64,000 nt of DNA from Eledone cirrhosa (Eukaryota), in assembly GCA_964016885.1 (NCBI GenBank), contig OZ024742.1, positions 339,698,001 through 339,762,000 on the forward strand. The letters run 5' to 3'. Both the position numbers and the translations under genes were made by a program. Every line of letters begins with the position of its first letter. The first letter of the stretch is position 1. Positions 24,915 through 38,617 of the stretch are shown here, one piece after another. The notes under the pieces were generated by a model. It worked only from the letters and a program-made list of their open reading frames with translations, was not told the origin of the DNA and did no database searches.

Positions 24915-26914
24915 TATAAAGCTGACGGCCGTATGTAGGTAACAAACTTTCCGCAAACGACTGGACCAAACAGCACCAAATTTGCACCATAGATATAACT
25001 TTCTCAAAGTAAAAAAATAAGGGTATTTTTGACTACTGAATTTTGTTAAAAGATTAAAGACGTTATTTAAATATTCACTTCTTTAAAATTTTAAATGTCA
25101 ACACTTCCGGTTATACGTCATTCCTCACTTTTTCTTATGACGTCGCACAACATTCCCTCTTTTTCTTATTCTCTTTTTAGATAGATACATAGCATTAGAT
25201 AACGTTTTTCGAAATATTTACTTCAGCGTTCACAGACTGATTTTTTAGTTAAGGGTAAAAGCAACGATTCTTTGCTTAAACTTACCCTACACATTATCAT
25301 ATTTAAACTGTACAGCTTTCCATTTCATCTGAATCATAGGGAGTGTTTTCCAGGACTCAGTAACCTTTCTACTCGATTCTATCAAATAAAGCTTTATTGA
25401 AAAAAAAAACATTTTCAAATTGGTTTTCTTATTAGTGTTCTCATTTGTTTGTTCTCTCTCGTCTTGGTGCTTAAAACATGTCCCTTAGGGGAACAAAAAA
25501 GGAACTTTCATTGCAAAGTGAAAATGGTATTGACCAATCAAATCGATCTTACCAATTAGAAGTAGAAACTTATTCTCAACATCAATGCTTCATATTTGTC
25601 GCTGAGATATGAAATCGAAAAAATTCAAATTAATAACGAATAAGTTATGCGTTGCTTGGTGCAATAGCAAATTCTTTTTTGATCAGTGCATTTGACTTCA
25701 AGCGCTGTTCTTATTCTTCGCATAAATACGACTTCAGCTGTTTATTTGCGTAGATTTTTAGGCACTGCGACATGATAATAGCATTTTCTAATTCATTGAA
25801 AAAAAACCTACTGATGCTTATAAGTAGCAGTTCTATTACAAAAGATTTAAAAGTTTAGGTGGTCCACAGGAAAAAATTACTTATTTTGGTGGTCCACAGC
25901 GAAAAAAAGGTTGAGAACCCCCGATTTTAATATATATATTTGTGTGGACAGATATTTATGCATACACAAAAACAAAAACCTATTTATTTCACGAAAGCAC
26001 AGACGGCTTATTGTCATTGTTACTGTTCGAGGTTAGAGGACCACAGTCTTTCCAAGATCTGAGAACCATCAATGGCCATCAATGTTCCACTTACCGTTTG
26101 GCTTGCCAGATGCGTGGTATGTTACACAACGACAGCAATTGACACCTCACCTTGCAAGAAGCAGCAGCTGCTAAAGTCCCTTCTCAGCTGCGAAAACCTT
26201 TTTTGCTATTATGCTATACAACTGCGATCTCGCGGACCCTCTCGCCCTGTGGAACAACCACCGTGAAAGTCTAGCTGAGGACATCCTCCACCGCACACGC
26301 AGACACAATCCGAACGTAACATACGATGTCGTTTTCAATGAGGCGCTCATTTGTCTTGAAAACAGTTTCCTGGAGATTGGTGGTAGGCTTCTAAGTCACT
26401 ACAGCTTACCTGCTCCTGACAGGAGTGTCCAGAGGTCAACGTCTACAGAGATTCTCTGCGAGACGAGCTACGAGATCAGTGCTTCTCCCATGGTCAATTG
26501 TATGTAGGATGCTCTAGGGTGAGCTCGCCAAACAATCTTCATCTTTGCTCCGGAGGGCCGAACAAAAAATATTGTATACTCTGAGGGTCTAACAATGTAA
26601 TTTAAATATGTTCTGTTACTTGGAATTTCCATTATGGTTGTACAAGTTATTGTTTGTTAAAAAATGTGTTCTCTGTTCAGCCTTTATTGTTGTAACTATC
26701 AATTTTCTTTAACGTACTGGCTACTGAACTGGGAATCCTAAAAACTGTTCAAACCCAACATCAGAGCACGTTAACCCCCCCCCCCCCCCCCCCCCCCACA
26801 CTGACTTGAGAAGGCGTGCGGTATATTTGCACTGGGAGGGGGAGGGGGGGGGGGGGGTCCTGAAAATAAAATACCGGTATACCTAGCCCGGCGCCATCGG
26901 GACGGGCCTGCTAG
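24910..26914 (+). mobile_element. Helitron with RepHel remnant
   Basis: 5' actataaagctgacggccg; 3' hairpin gcccg...cgggc followed by ctgCTAG-t; coding remnant at 25990-26480. Confidence 0.8.
25990..26480 (+). pseudogene. Helitron Rep/helicase fragment
   Basis: LLLFEVRGPQSFQDLRTING..TYRLACQMRGML..*..PSQLR / MLYNCDLADPLALWNNHRESLAEDIL; contains a stop and a frameshift. Confidence 0.85.
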
Positions 26915-27213
26915 TATATATATATAATCAGATATATACCTATATACTTATACCACATATCTGCATATGTATGTTCTTTTGGTTTTATAATTCTATAAAT
27001 GTTTACCAATAGAGAGAGAGTCGGTTTCTAACATAGACACAAGACTCTCTCATTGGAAATTACACAACATCAACTAGGTAGATATGTATGTATGTCTGCA
27101 TGCATGCGCCTGTGTGCAGGTATGGATGTTATTGTATGTGTGGATGTGGATGATTTGAGTTGTATGTATGCATGTGCATATGCTCTGTATCTGTACAAGT
27201 GTATATGCAGTTA

Positions 27214-27510
27214 TTAGATGTAGAATTTTCGGAATGTTTTACATATTTTTACTGTTCCATTAATGGATTGTACTTGTAATTTCCTAACTAGTTGTGTTAT
27301 TTCTGTTCCTGTGAAACCCAGTTTCTCATGATTTATATTGAGGCAGTTACTAACATATCCCAGTGCCCCAATAATCACAGGCATAAATCTGAAGGTATAA
27401 TCAGGGTGGTGTATCTGTAGATTTATCATTAGTTCTGCATAGATATTCTCCTTTTCGCTGATCTTTAATATTATATTGGCATCTGCTGGGCAGAAAACCG
27501 GACGATCACA
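27214..27510 (-). mobile_element. 3' end of an R4/Dong-like LINE
   Basis: CPADANI..EKENIYAEL..FRFMPVIIGALG..GTVKICKTF. Confidence 0.7.
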
Positions 27511-27511
27511 T

Positions 27512-27585
<74 letters not shown>

Positions 27586-27707
27586 CAAACCATTGGGATG
27601 CATTCGTGGTCTTTTAACACCTGATGGAATCCAATGAAGTACCATCGTATCTTGGCCATTTATGACCAGTAGACCCCATTTATCTTCAGGTTTGAATACA
27701 TTCGAAT

Positions 27708-27794
<87 letters not shown>

Positions 27795-27934
27795 AGAATG
27801 TGGGTGAGAGAGTAACAGAGAGAAAAGGTTAAAAAGCGAATGAGAGGGAGAGAAAAAGAAAGAAAGAGAAAAAGAGAGAAAGAGAGAAAGGGCGAGAAAA
27901 TGAGAGAGAAAGATAGATATATAGATAGATAGAT

Positions 27935-28005
<71 letters not shown>

Positions 28006-28149
28006 CGCCCCACTGGCTCACTGCATTCTGAGTTCAAATGGCGTCGAGTCCTCTTTTACTGTCAATGACCAAAGTACCAAACCTTTGATAGTTCTGTGAG
28101 AAATTCCAATAATAATTTTACTTTACTCACCTGACCATTATTAGTTTTT

Positions 28150-28288
28150 GCGGCTTAGCGGGCAGCAGAGGCTGTGTTGGTAGCCGAAACCACCAGGTAG
28201 GAACATGAGTAGGTGTCACAGCATCTGGCATCCCAGATTAGGGGTCTACCTCCACGGATCGGGAAGATTGGAATGCCGTCTGGCCGAG
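28150..28288 (-). mobile_element. CRE-like endonuclease fragment
   Basis: RPDGIPIFPIRGGRPLIWDARCCDTYS. Confidence 0.7.
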
Positions 28289-28442
28289 TAACAATGATCA
28301 GGAGTCTCATGAAACCTATATGAGAAATAAATACCTCATCACGATGCCAATGAGTCAACTAAATAGACAAAGATTTTCTCCCATGACTAGGCTATCACCC
28401 TCCTGGACTTTGAAATAAACAGTTTTATATATATATATGTAT

Positions 28443-28530
<88 letters not shown>

Positions 28531-28645
28531 CTGTGTGTGTGTGCATGTGTGTGTATGTATATATGTATGCGTATGTGTATGTTTATATATATAGGCGTAT
28601 GTGTATGTTTATATATAAGTATAGAGGCGTATTAGTATGCTTATG

Positions 28646-28676
<31 letters not shown>

Positions 28677-28984
28677 GGGGGAGTGACAGACACACACACA
28701 TATATATGTATATAGACATATGTCTATGCTACTATGGTATATTATTGTTTCTTATTGCGGTTTCGTTTATGTATTAATAGTGTTTTAATATCACATTTAT
28801 TTATTTTCTATTTTATTCTATTTAATTGTATTAATTTTTATTTATGTTTTACTGTATTAATTATTTTTTAATTGAGGCGTCGTGAGATCCTGTGAGAGGG
28901 CTCATGAAGGACTCCTCTGAAATGTTATTACTTTAAGTACTTAGCTAAATGGTCGCTTTCATTTATTGTTTTGTGTGTGTATAC

Positions 28985-28997
28985 AATATATGTATGG

Positions 28998-29028
<31 letters not shown>

Positions 29029-29045
29029 CACACACACACACACCC

Positions 29046-29109
<64 letters not shown>

Positions 29110-29146
29110 ATACATATATATATATATATGGGTGTGTGTGTGTGTG

Positions 29147-29198
<52 letters not shown>

Positions 29199-29199
29199 G

Positions 29200-29230
<31 letters not shown>

Positions 29231-29267
29231 CACACACACACACACCCATATATATATATATATGTAT

Positions 29268-29324
<57 letters not shown>

Positions 29325-29361
29325 CACACACACACACACCCATATATATATATATATGTAT

Positions 29362-29444
<83 letters not shown>

Positions 29445-29509
29445 GATATATATATATATATATATATTTACAGACACACACACACACACCCATATATATA
29501 TATATGTAT

Positions 29510-29564
<55 letters not shown>

Positions 29565-29601
29565 CACACACACACACACCCATATATATATATATATGTA
29601 T

Positions 29602-29654
<53 letters not shown>

Positions 29655-29695
29655 CACACACACACACACCTATATATATATATATATATATATAT
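28985..29695. repeat. Compound minisatellite tgtatgga(TA)n-caga(CA)n-ccc(AT)n with one inverted unit
   Basis: About 6 forward units; a reverse-complement unit at about 29105-29150. Confidence 0.85.
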
Positions 29696-29795
29696 GTGTA
29701 ATGTATACGCACCACACACAGATATATGAATGTAATCCTAGAAGAATTATGTTTTAATCACCCTCTATTGTACACTTATGTGGAAATATATGAGC

Positions 29796-29849
<54 letters not shown>

Positions 29850-29851
<2 letters not shown>

Positions 29852-31097
29852 CGTTTCTGAATTTGTTTAGCAAGATTCTTTATCTGAAAACGTGTGTTGA
29901 AACCGATATTGTTATACTTTGGGAGGGTCATGTTGCCAATAAGAAACACACGCACCAGTTGCTTTCACTTCAATTTATTATAATAAATTTATAAATTTAG
30001 GAATTTATAAATTTCTGATTGGTTGGTTGGTTGCACAACCAGATGATTGTTTATATATTGTCAAAGTTCTTTTGTCACACATTCTGTGACCTCTTCAGTG
30101 ACTGGGGATTCTTTTCTTTGTTTTAGTACCTCTCCTGTGTTCTGTCCTACGCCATCTTGTTTGTGTGTGTGTGTTGTGTGCTTAGTTTGCGCATGTGTTA
30201 CATCCGGGTGTCTGTGTGTGTTTATATTCATTTATTTATTTGTTTATTTACATGTTACTGGTTGGTTGTTTGTTCTATGTGCGTGTGTGTTTTCATTGTG
30301 TCCTTAATTGTAAGTTGTGATGTTGCTGTTCCATTTATGTTTTCTATTTAATTTTGGTTGGAGTTCATTTATGTTTATTGCCTCTGTGATTTGTCTAAGC
30401 ATTGCGTCTTTTCTGTGTGTAGATTCTACTTTTATTTCTATATTCTCTAATTTACCTTTATGTTCTATTTTAGCATGTTGGTAGAGTACAGATGATTCTT
30501 TACTATCTTGAAGGTCTCGCAGTGTTCATTTATCCGTTCCCCTATACTACGAGCTGTCTCACCTATGTACACTATATTTTTATTTCTACATTGTCCTTCA
30601 GTACATCTTATGTTATATACTACATTTCTAGTTTTACAGTTAATATGGGGTTTAATTTACAGATTATACATTTCTTATCTATACAGGGAGGTCTTTGAAA
30701 AGGGTATGTATTGCTAATAAGTGTTTTTATGGAGGTACCTGGTCTTTCTACTATCTTAATATTGAGTTTATGTTTATCAAGGGCCCTTCTAAATTTGTAA
30801 GCTAATTCACCTCTAGGGGTTGTATCGATCAACATTACACTCTGGTATTTATTGCTATCATACCATGAGTTTATTCTATTAGCCTTATTCCTAGTTCTTT
30901 CTATTCTATTCCAAAATTTGCTCCTATACAAGGGGCAGGTCCCATTTGTGTCGTTATTTACCATTTTTTCCCATTTGGTTCTGGCTCCTCTATATACTCT
31001 GATTTTATCTCTCTGATTGTAACCAGAGAACTGCATACGGTGGATGAAGTGTTGTATGTGTCTCTCTAGTTCTTTGGGGTTGCACATGCGGGACACG
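29850..31097 (-). mobile_element. 5'-truncated Penelope-like element (RT C-terminus, GIY-YIG endonuclease, pseudo-LTR)
   Basis: RMQFSGY..PLYRSKFW..TPRGELA..IVERPGTSIK..C..C..C, then frameshifted VYIGETARSIGERINEH and RQITEAINI..LNRK. Confidence 0.85.
30060..30102 (-). ncRNA. Minimal hammerhead in the Penelope-like pseudo-LTR, G12A substitution
   Basis: gtca-CUGAAGA-g-gtcaca gaatg tgtgac-AAAA-gaac-UU-tgac. Confidence 0.7.
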
Positions 31098-31580
31098 TCA
31101 GACTCCACTACAGCAATGACGAGGCGGACTTTCAGGTCTCTACGAAGGTCCGACTTCCACACCGATCTCAAGCTGTGGCACGCCGCCCAGGCCTTGCTCT
31201 TCCTCTCAACCACATCATCTTCCGTATTCCCAATCTTTGCTCCCAAATACAGGATGGCTCTGAACATTAATCAGTATACACTGAGAATGAACAACTCAGA
31301 GCTGTATGGGAGCCTCCCAAAAGTCAGCTCAAAAGTGACACAGAGGAGACTGAGGTTAGCTGGACATGCTCACCGACATCCAGAGTTGACATTGCACTCA
31401 GTGCTCCTTTGGGAGCCCCTACATGGACACACTAGAAGAAGAAGACCAAGGTTAACGTATGTTGATGCCCTAAGGACAGACACTGGTCTGTTGGTGACGC
31501 AGGACATGGCAGCGATAATGAAGGACAGAGACCGCTGGAGAGAACTCGTCCATGGATCTCGGGAATTTTACCCGCCTTAG
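31098..31580 (+). mobile_element. 5'-truncated, 5'-inverted copy of the RTE LINE
   Basis: 31251-31580 matches 37663-37992; 31098-31250 is the reverse complement of about 37430-37582. Confidence 0.9.
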
Positions 31581-31639
31581 ATAGAGATATATACTGTATA
31601 TGTGTTTGATTTTTGAATATACTAATCTTCACAATAATT

Positions 31640-32230
31640 CGTCAACATGTTCAAGCAACTCCACCGTGCTATGAAAGATGGTTTATCTTCAACGGTTCAT
31701 CCTCAGAACTAATTCCTGAGAGTTAGGTTAAACAACTTTTCTCATATATATTTAGTAACTTTATCGTATACTTCCTAAGATGGTGAAATCGGCGTCTACA
31801 TTCGCCCCGGAACTACAGGTAAAGTCTTTCAACTAAATCGATTCAAAGGAAAATCGATCACCTTATTTGAGAGTCCTATACTGACGATGCAGATCTCGTT
31901 GCTCACACAAAAGAAAGACATGCAAGCTGTAATGTATCTTTTCTCGGGTGCATGTACTGCTTCTGGTCTTACCATTTGCCTGAAGAAGACCAAGTCCATG
32001 CTCATTCCGGTCCTAGACAAGCTCTATATTGAATCCAACCTCTTCGCATAAAGTACGAGATTGGATGTGGTCAACTCTTTCGTCGATATTGGAAGCACTC
32101 TAGATATGGAGTCCTTGATTCTGAAATAAATCTAAGGATCAAAATGTTAGCAAAACCTTCGGAAAGCTCAAAATTCGTATGTGGTCTGACAGAGGCATCA
32201 ATTCTGAAACTAAGCTCAGTGTCTATAAAC
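31640..32230 (+). mobile_element. Degenerate RTE/BovB-like RT fragment
   Basis: GKVFQLNRFK..tatactgacgatgcagatctc (YADD-like)..DMQAVMYLFSGACTASGLTICLKKTK. Confidence 0.65.
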
Positions 32231-32302
32231 CTTGAGCCTTATTTTATTTCCCTTCTTCTTCTCACTGTTTATCTTTCTATTTTATCTTTTATTTGTAATA
32301 CT

Positions 32303-32340
32303 ATCTTCTGATGAAGGACTAGTGTCTGAAAGGTTGAGAT
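32303..32340 (+). ncRNA. Minimal hammerhead motif
   Basis: atctt-CUGAUGA-a-ggac tagt gtct-GAAA-gg-UU-gagat. Confidence 0.6.
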
Positions 32341-32411
32341 TCTTTTCTTGTTATTTCAAGCGTTAAACTAATATATTTCTTCAATGTATTGCTTTGTTAT
32401 TTCTGCTGACA

Positions 32412-32565
<154 letters not shown>

Positions 32566-32606
32566 CTTCTACAGGACTAGAACTGTTTCATTCGGGAGAA
32601 ATCATT

Positions 32607-32661
32607 AGGGCTTCCTGATGATTTCTCCCTAATGAAACAGTTCTAGTCTTGTAGAAGCCTT
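32607..32661 (+). ncRNA. Type I hammerhead inside a fold-back palindrome (32559-32664)
   Basis: agggcttc-CUGAUGA-tttctccctaat-GAAA-cag ttctagtc ttg-UA-gaagcctt; the inverted arm restores the ttc/gaa and cag/ctg pairs. Confidence 0.7.
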
Positions 32662-32740
32662 TCTATATTAAATATTTATACTCTGCTTTGTATTGAGTAC
32701 CTTACTTACTGTGGTTACCCCCGATTGAACCCGGGATAAA

Positions 32741-32778
<38 letters not shown>

Positions 32779-33184
32779 TACAATCACATAAATAAGGCAA
32801 ACAGTGAAATATGAAAGTATCCGAGAAAGTCATACACAATACCCCACTTCCGGTTGAAGTCAATATGGTTGCTTAGACCCTCATTAATATATTTGATCAT
32901 GAAAGTGTTAAATGCTTCGCTGACTGTTTAGTGCGTGAGAAAAAATCTATATTTTCTATTTAATTATTTAAATATATGCAGATTCGGATTAACACACGTG
33001 CATATTGAGAAAGAAGCATACACCTACATCATTTTTTTTTGTGTATATATATGTATATATATATATATATGCATATATATATATATATATATATATACGC
33101 ATATATATATATATACGCATATATATGAATACACACACATATATATATATATATACATATATTTATATATATATTCATACATAC

Positions 33185-33215
<31 letters not shown>

Positions 33216-33371
33216 GGGTGTGTGTGTGTGTCTATGTGCGTGCGTGTGTGTGCGTAATGTATGTATGCATGTTAAAGTAGAAAACTGTAACCTTTATATA
33301 ATGTAAATAATTGTTTGAATTGATAAAGTATTTATATGTATGTATACATCTATATATCTATCCATCTATAC

Positions 33372-33427
<56 letters not shown>

Positions 33428-33554
33428 TTATTTACACACACACACACACATACACACACACACAAGTAGGCATATTCACCTACGTACGCACACATACATC
33501 CATACATTCATGCACACATACATGCATACATACATACATACATATATCTCTCGC

Positions 33555-33643
<89 letters not shown>

Positions 33644-33942
33644 GTATATATATATATGTGTATGTGTGTGTGTATATGTATATATATATATATATACATA
33701 CACACACATATATATATATGTGTATGATGGTATAGATGGTGGTAAAGAAAAAGGTATGACTGAAAAGGGAGTGGCAATAAATAAACGAAATAAAAGGTTG
33801 AGAGAGAGGGACTACATATATAGAGAGCGAGACTGGAGTGAAGAGAGAGAGTGTGTGAGAGGGAAATATAGAGAGGGAGAGAGGGAGAGAGGGAGAGAGG
33901 AGGAGAGAGAGAGAGCGAAACATAGTGGGAGAGAGAGCAGGT

Positions 33943-34046
<104 letters not shown>

Positions 34047-34299
34047 TGATAGATAGATAGAGAGAGAGCGGGGGGAAGCCAATGAGAGGTAGAAGAAGGA
34101 GGAATGTATTATAGGAATGTGAGCAGAGTTGAGTGCATCCTTCTGTTGAGTTCATCTTCCAATTCTATGCAGATTTGTCTGGTGCCGTTCCGTACTTCTT
34201 GTTACGTGTCACTTGACAAATATTTGATGACGTCTTAATTAAAAGGTGCCTTCTTTCACACAGAATCCCTAATGACAGATTAGTAATTACAATTATAGG

Positions 34300-34478
34300 T
34301 ATAATGATGATCATGATGATGATGACTGTGATGATGATGATTGTGACAATTATGCTAACGATAATGGTGTTTTTGTTGTTGATGATGATGATGATGGTGT
34401 TTTTGTTGTTGTTGATGATGATGATGATGATGGTGTTTTTGTTGTTGTTGATGATGATGATGGTGTTTTTGTTGTTGT

Positions 34479-34525
<47 letters not shown>

Positions 34526-34530
34526 GTAAT
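34300..34530. repeat. (GAT)n/(GTT)n microsatellite
   Basis: Visible trinucleotide repeats. Confidence 0.9.
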
Positions 34531-34612
34531 ATTTACTGATTTAGGCACAATGCCAACAATTTTGGGGGAGGGGTAAGTGAATTAAATCTACCACCACACT
34601 GCATATATATAT

Positions 34613-34687
<75 letters not shown>

Positions 34688-34693
<6 letters not shown>

Positions 34694-37600
34694 GGGTATG
34701 ACATTAAACTACATCCAGTGGCAAGACTCCAGTTCGGGAGTTCAGGAGTTGTGGGGAATGTGGAGTTACCCCTTAGTTGTCATGACTCCCAGGTCTGCCC
34801 TGGCCCGGGGTGGTAGTACCTGTTAGGGCTCCATTTATGGGTTAAATAACTACCTTATTCGAGTGGCGCCGGTAAGGATTGTCAGCCATTGAAAAGAAAT
34901 ATGGAGAGTCGATCTAACAGCACTAGGGTTAGAGCCCCTAATTACACTGTCAAGGAGCAGCCTGGTCGTTATGACTCTGCTGGCTTAGAACCACAGAGAG
35001 GGCCAGTGGATGATGGATCAGCTGTCTCTGAGACAAATATAAAGAATGCAGTTTTGTCTTGCAGAAGAGCCATCAAAATGGGCACTTTGAATGTGAGGAC
35101 TATTCGGACGCTGGAGAAGAGAGAGGAGTTGGGACATTTGTTCGAGGAGAGTGGTCTACAGATACTTGCGATCCAAGAACACAGGATCCTACACGATGAG
35201 CCCGTGAGGAGTGTGATGATCGGGAAGAGGAGCCAGCTCATCACTACATCGGCATCGAAGAACACAGCAAATGCTGCAGTAGGAGGAGTGGGTTTTGTGT
35301 TCAGTGCAGAAACCAATCTGTTGGTGAGGGAAATAATGCCTATCTCCCCGCGAGTGTTGAGGGTGACCTTCAATGGAAACCCAAGACTGACAGTCATCTC
35401 AGCCTATAGTCCAACCGAGGGGGACAGTGATGTGAGTGCGGAAGAGTTCCATCAGGAGGTGTAGAGCTGTCAACACCACTCAGGCACACAATATCCTGCT
35501 TGTTTTGGGGGATTTCAATGCACATCTGAGTAAGGAGGGCAGTGAAGATCCTTGCTGGTACTTCCATAACAACACCAACCGAAATGGAAGACTACTGAGA
35601 GACACCCTGCTGGAGCAGAACTTGATGGCGACCAACCTAAGGTTTAGGAAGAATCTTGGGAAGATGTGGACCTACATCTCAGATGTGCAGCTGTCCAAGT
35701 CCCAGATTGATTTCATTCTGGTGAGGAAAAAGTGGCGGAATAGTGTTCTGAACACGGAGCCATACAACTATTTCAGTACACTGGGTAGTGACCACTGGCT
35801 TGTTATGAGTGAGGTCCGGGTGAGCTTAAGAAAGAGCAAGGCTCAGCCTCGGAGAGCAATCTATGACTGGGGAGCTTTCAAGGAAGATAATAAGCTACAG
35901 GAGAGGTTCACAGTGGAAGTGGAAACAGGTTTAGTGCTCTGCGTGGAGAGTCAGAGGAGAGAGAGATTGGATGGACTGATGAGAGTGTGACGAGGAGGTA
36001 CGGGCATTTCACCAATGTAGTGGCGGAAGCAAGTGAAACCCTGGTGCCGAGGAAAAAGAACAAAGGGAAGCACGTCAGCTCTGCAAACCCAAAAGTGTGT
36101 GCAGCCAGAGAACACCTGAAAGCTGCCAGGGACCAATTCTATGCTGATCCTACGGAGGAGAGGATGGAGAATGTGGAGGTGATGAGGGAAGAGCTCTGTA
36201 CCGCTTACACTGAGGTCAGAGAGGAGACACTGATAGAGAAGTTCAGAAGTGTGGAGGGGGCGGTTGACAGATCTAGATGTAAGGAGAGCTGGATGATCAT
36301 CAACGAGATCACAGAGAGGAAGAGAAGGTGTTCGAGTCAGATCCAGGAAACGGGGCCCGAGGATAGGAAGAGGAAATGGCTAGACCATTTTAGGACCCTA
36401 CTAGGAGAGCCACCCTTCACAGCCCAGAGCACTGGGGAGATCAGGCGGCTGTTTGAGGAACTGGATGTTGAGACAGAGCCCTTCACCAGAGAGGAGCTTC
36501 AGAGAGCCAAGAAGAGGATCAAGGAGGGCAAGGCTCATGGAGAAGATGGAGTGGCATCAGAGGTGATGAAGAGGTGTGATTTTGATGATATCATCTTGGG
36601 GTTCTGTAACGGGGCACTGGAGAAAGGAGTTGCCCGAATCAGTGGAGGATCAGTAACATCGTCCCAGTGCCAAAGAAGGGAGATCTCTCTAACACCAACA
36701 ACTACAGGGGGATCTCACTGACGTCACTTGTGGCAAAGGCCCTCAACAGGATGATTCTTAACAGGATCCAGCCTGAGATGGAGAAGAAGCTCAGGGACAA
36801 CCAGAACGACTTCAGAGAGGGTAGATCAACCACCAGTCACATCCTGATGCTGAGGAGGATATTAGAGGGAGCTAGAGCAAAGTGCCTTCCTGCGGTCATG
36901 GTTTTCATTGACTTTAGGAAGGCCTTTGATTCTGTGGACCGTTACTGCCTGATGAAGATCTTACAGGCTTATGGAATCCCCAAGAAGATAGTGGACCTGA
37001 TATCACTGCTCTTCACCAACACCAAAGCCCAAGTCATTACACCTGATGGGATGACAGAGTTCTTTGAGATACTGGCTGGAGTGCTCCAGGGAGATACATT
37101 GGCTCCATACCTTTTTATCATCGTAGTGGACTATTGTATGCGCCTTGCACTGGAGAAACACCAGGACTCTGGCTTTACTGTAGCACCGGCTCAGCGCAGG
37201 ATAGTTAGGGCGAAAAAGGTATCAGATGCTGAATTTGCCGACGACATAGTTTTGGTGACAAATGCAGTGAAGGAGGCAGAGGATTTGATGCGGGAGGTTG
37301 AGACTGTGTCGATGAGTGTGGGGCTGAGAATGAATGAGACTAAAACAAAATATCTGGTAGAGAATGTTTAGAAGCCAGAGGGGATCCTTAATTTAGGCGG
37401 GACGCCGCTAGAATTGGTTGAGGGCTTCCTGTATTTGGGAGCAAAGATTGGGAATACGGAAGATGATGTGGTTGAGAGGAAGAGCAAGGCCTGGGCGGCG
37501 TGCCACAGCTTGAGATCGGTGTGGAAGTCGGACCTTCGTAGAGACCTGAAAATCCGCCTCTTCATTGCTGTAGTGGAGTCTGTGCTGCTGTATGGGTCTG

Positions 37601-37992
37601 AGACTTGGACACTGACCAAGAAACTCACTCAGATGGTGGATGGGTGCTACACGAGAATGCTGAGGATGGCTCTGAACATTAATCAGTATACACTGAGGAT
37701 GAAAAACTCAGAGCTGTATGGGAGCCTCTCAAAAGTCAGCTCAAAAGTGACACAGAGGAGACTGAGGTTAGCTGGACATGCTCACCGACATCCAGAGTTG
37801 ACATTGAACTCGGTGCTCCTTTGGGAGCCCCTACATGGACACACTAGAAGAAGAAGACCAAGGTTAACGTATGTTGATGCCCTAAGGACAGACACTGGTC
37901 TGTTGGAGACGCAGGACATGGCAGCGATAATGAGGGACAGAGACCACTGGAGAGAACTCGTCCATGGATCTCGGGAATTTTACCCGCCTTAG
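34688..37992 (+). mobile_element. Near-full-length RTE-clade LINE inserted in (TA)n
   Basis: Single APE-RT ORF, about 210-nt 5' UTR, essentially no 3' UTR, (TA)n on both sides. Confidence 0.92.
34901..37992 (+). pseudogene. APE endonuclease - reverse transcriptase ORF, disrupted
   Basis: GTLNVRT, LAIQEHR, SAYSPT, LGDFNA, IDFIL, SDH; PKKGD..NYRGISL, FIDFRKAFDSV, GVLQGDTLAP, FADD, FLYLG. Frameshifts at about 35460, 35930-35990 and 36640; in-frame TAG at 37369. Confidence 0.92.
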
Positions 37993-38101
<109 letters not shown>

Positions 38102-38185
38102 TAAGGCGGGTAAAATATATATATATATATATAACTATAAATGCAACATATATATATATATGTGTGTGTATATATATATATATGG

Positions 38186-38239
<54 letters not shown>

Positions 38240-38339
38240 CTATAAATGCAACATATGTATATATATATATATATATATATAACTATAAATGCAACATATA
38301 TATATATATATGTGTGTGTATATATATATATATATATGG

Positions 38340-38413
<74 letters not shown>

Positions 38414-38416
38414 ATA

Positions 38417-38586
38417 CTAGCTGAGGTACCCAGCTTCGCCAAGGTTAACAAATGATAAGAGAAGACTGGCAGAAGAGAAAACGTCTGTATTGAATGCATT
38501 GTCTTGTTTACAGTGTGTGTATTGTGTGTGTGTGTGTGTGTGCGTGTGTATGTTTGCGTGTGTTTTTGTATATAAATATGTGTGTG

Positions 38587-38617
<31 letters not shown>

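Noticed and set aside
28905-28950. CTCATGA...GAAA motif
   Set aside because: G5 is missing and there is no coherent stem I or III.
30620-31580. Novel overlapping ORFs of 215 aa and 178 aa
   Set aside because: Chimeras of an inverted RTE piece with Penelope or RTE sequence.
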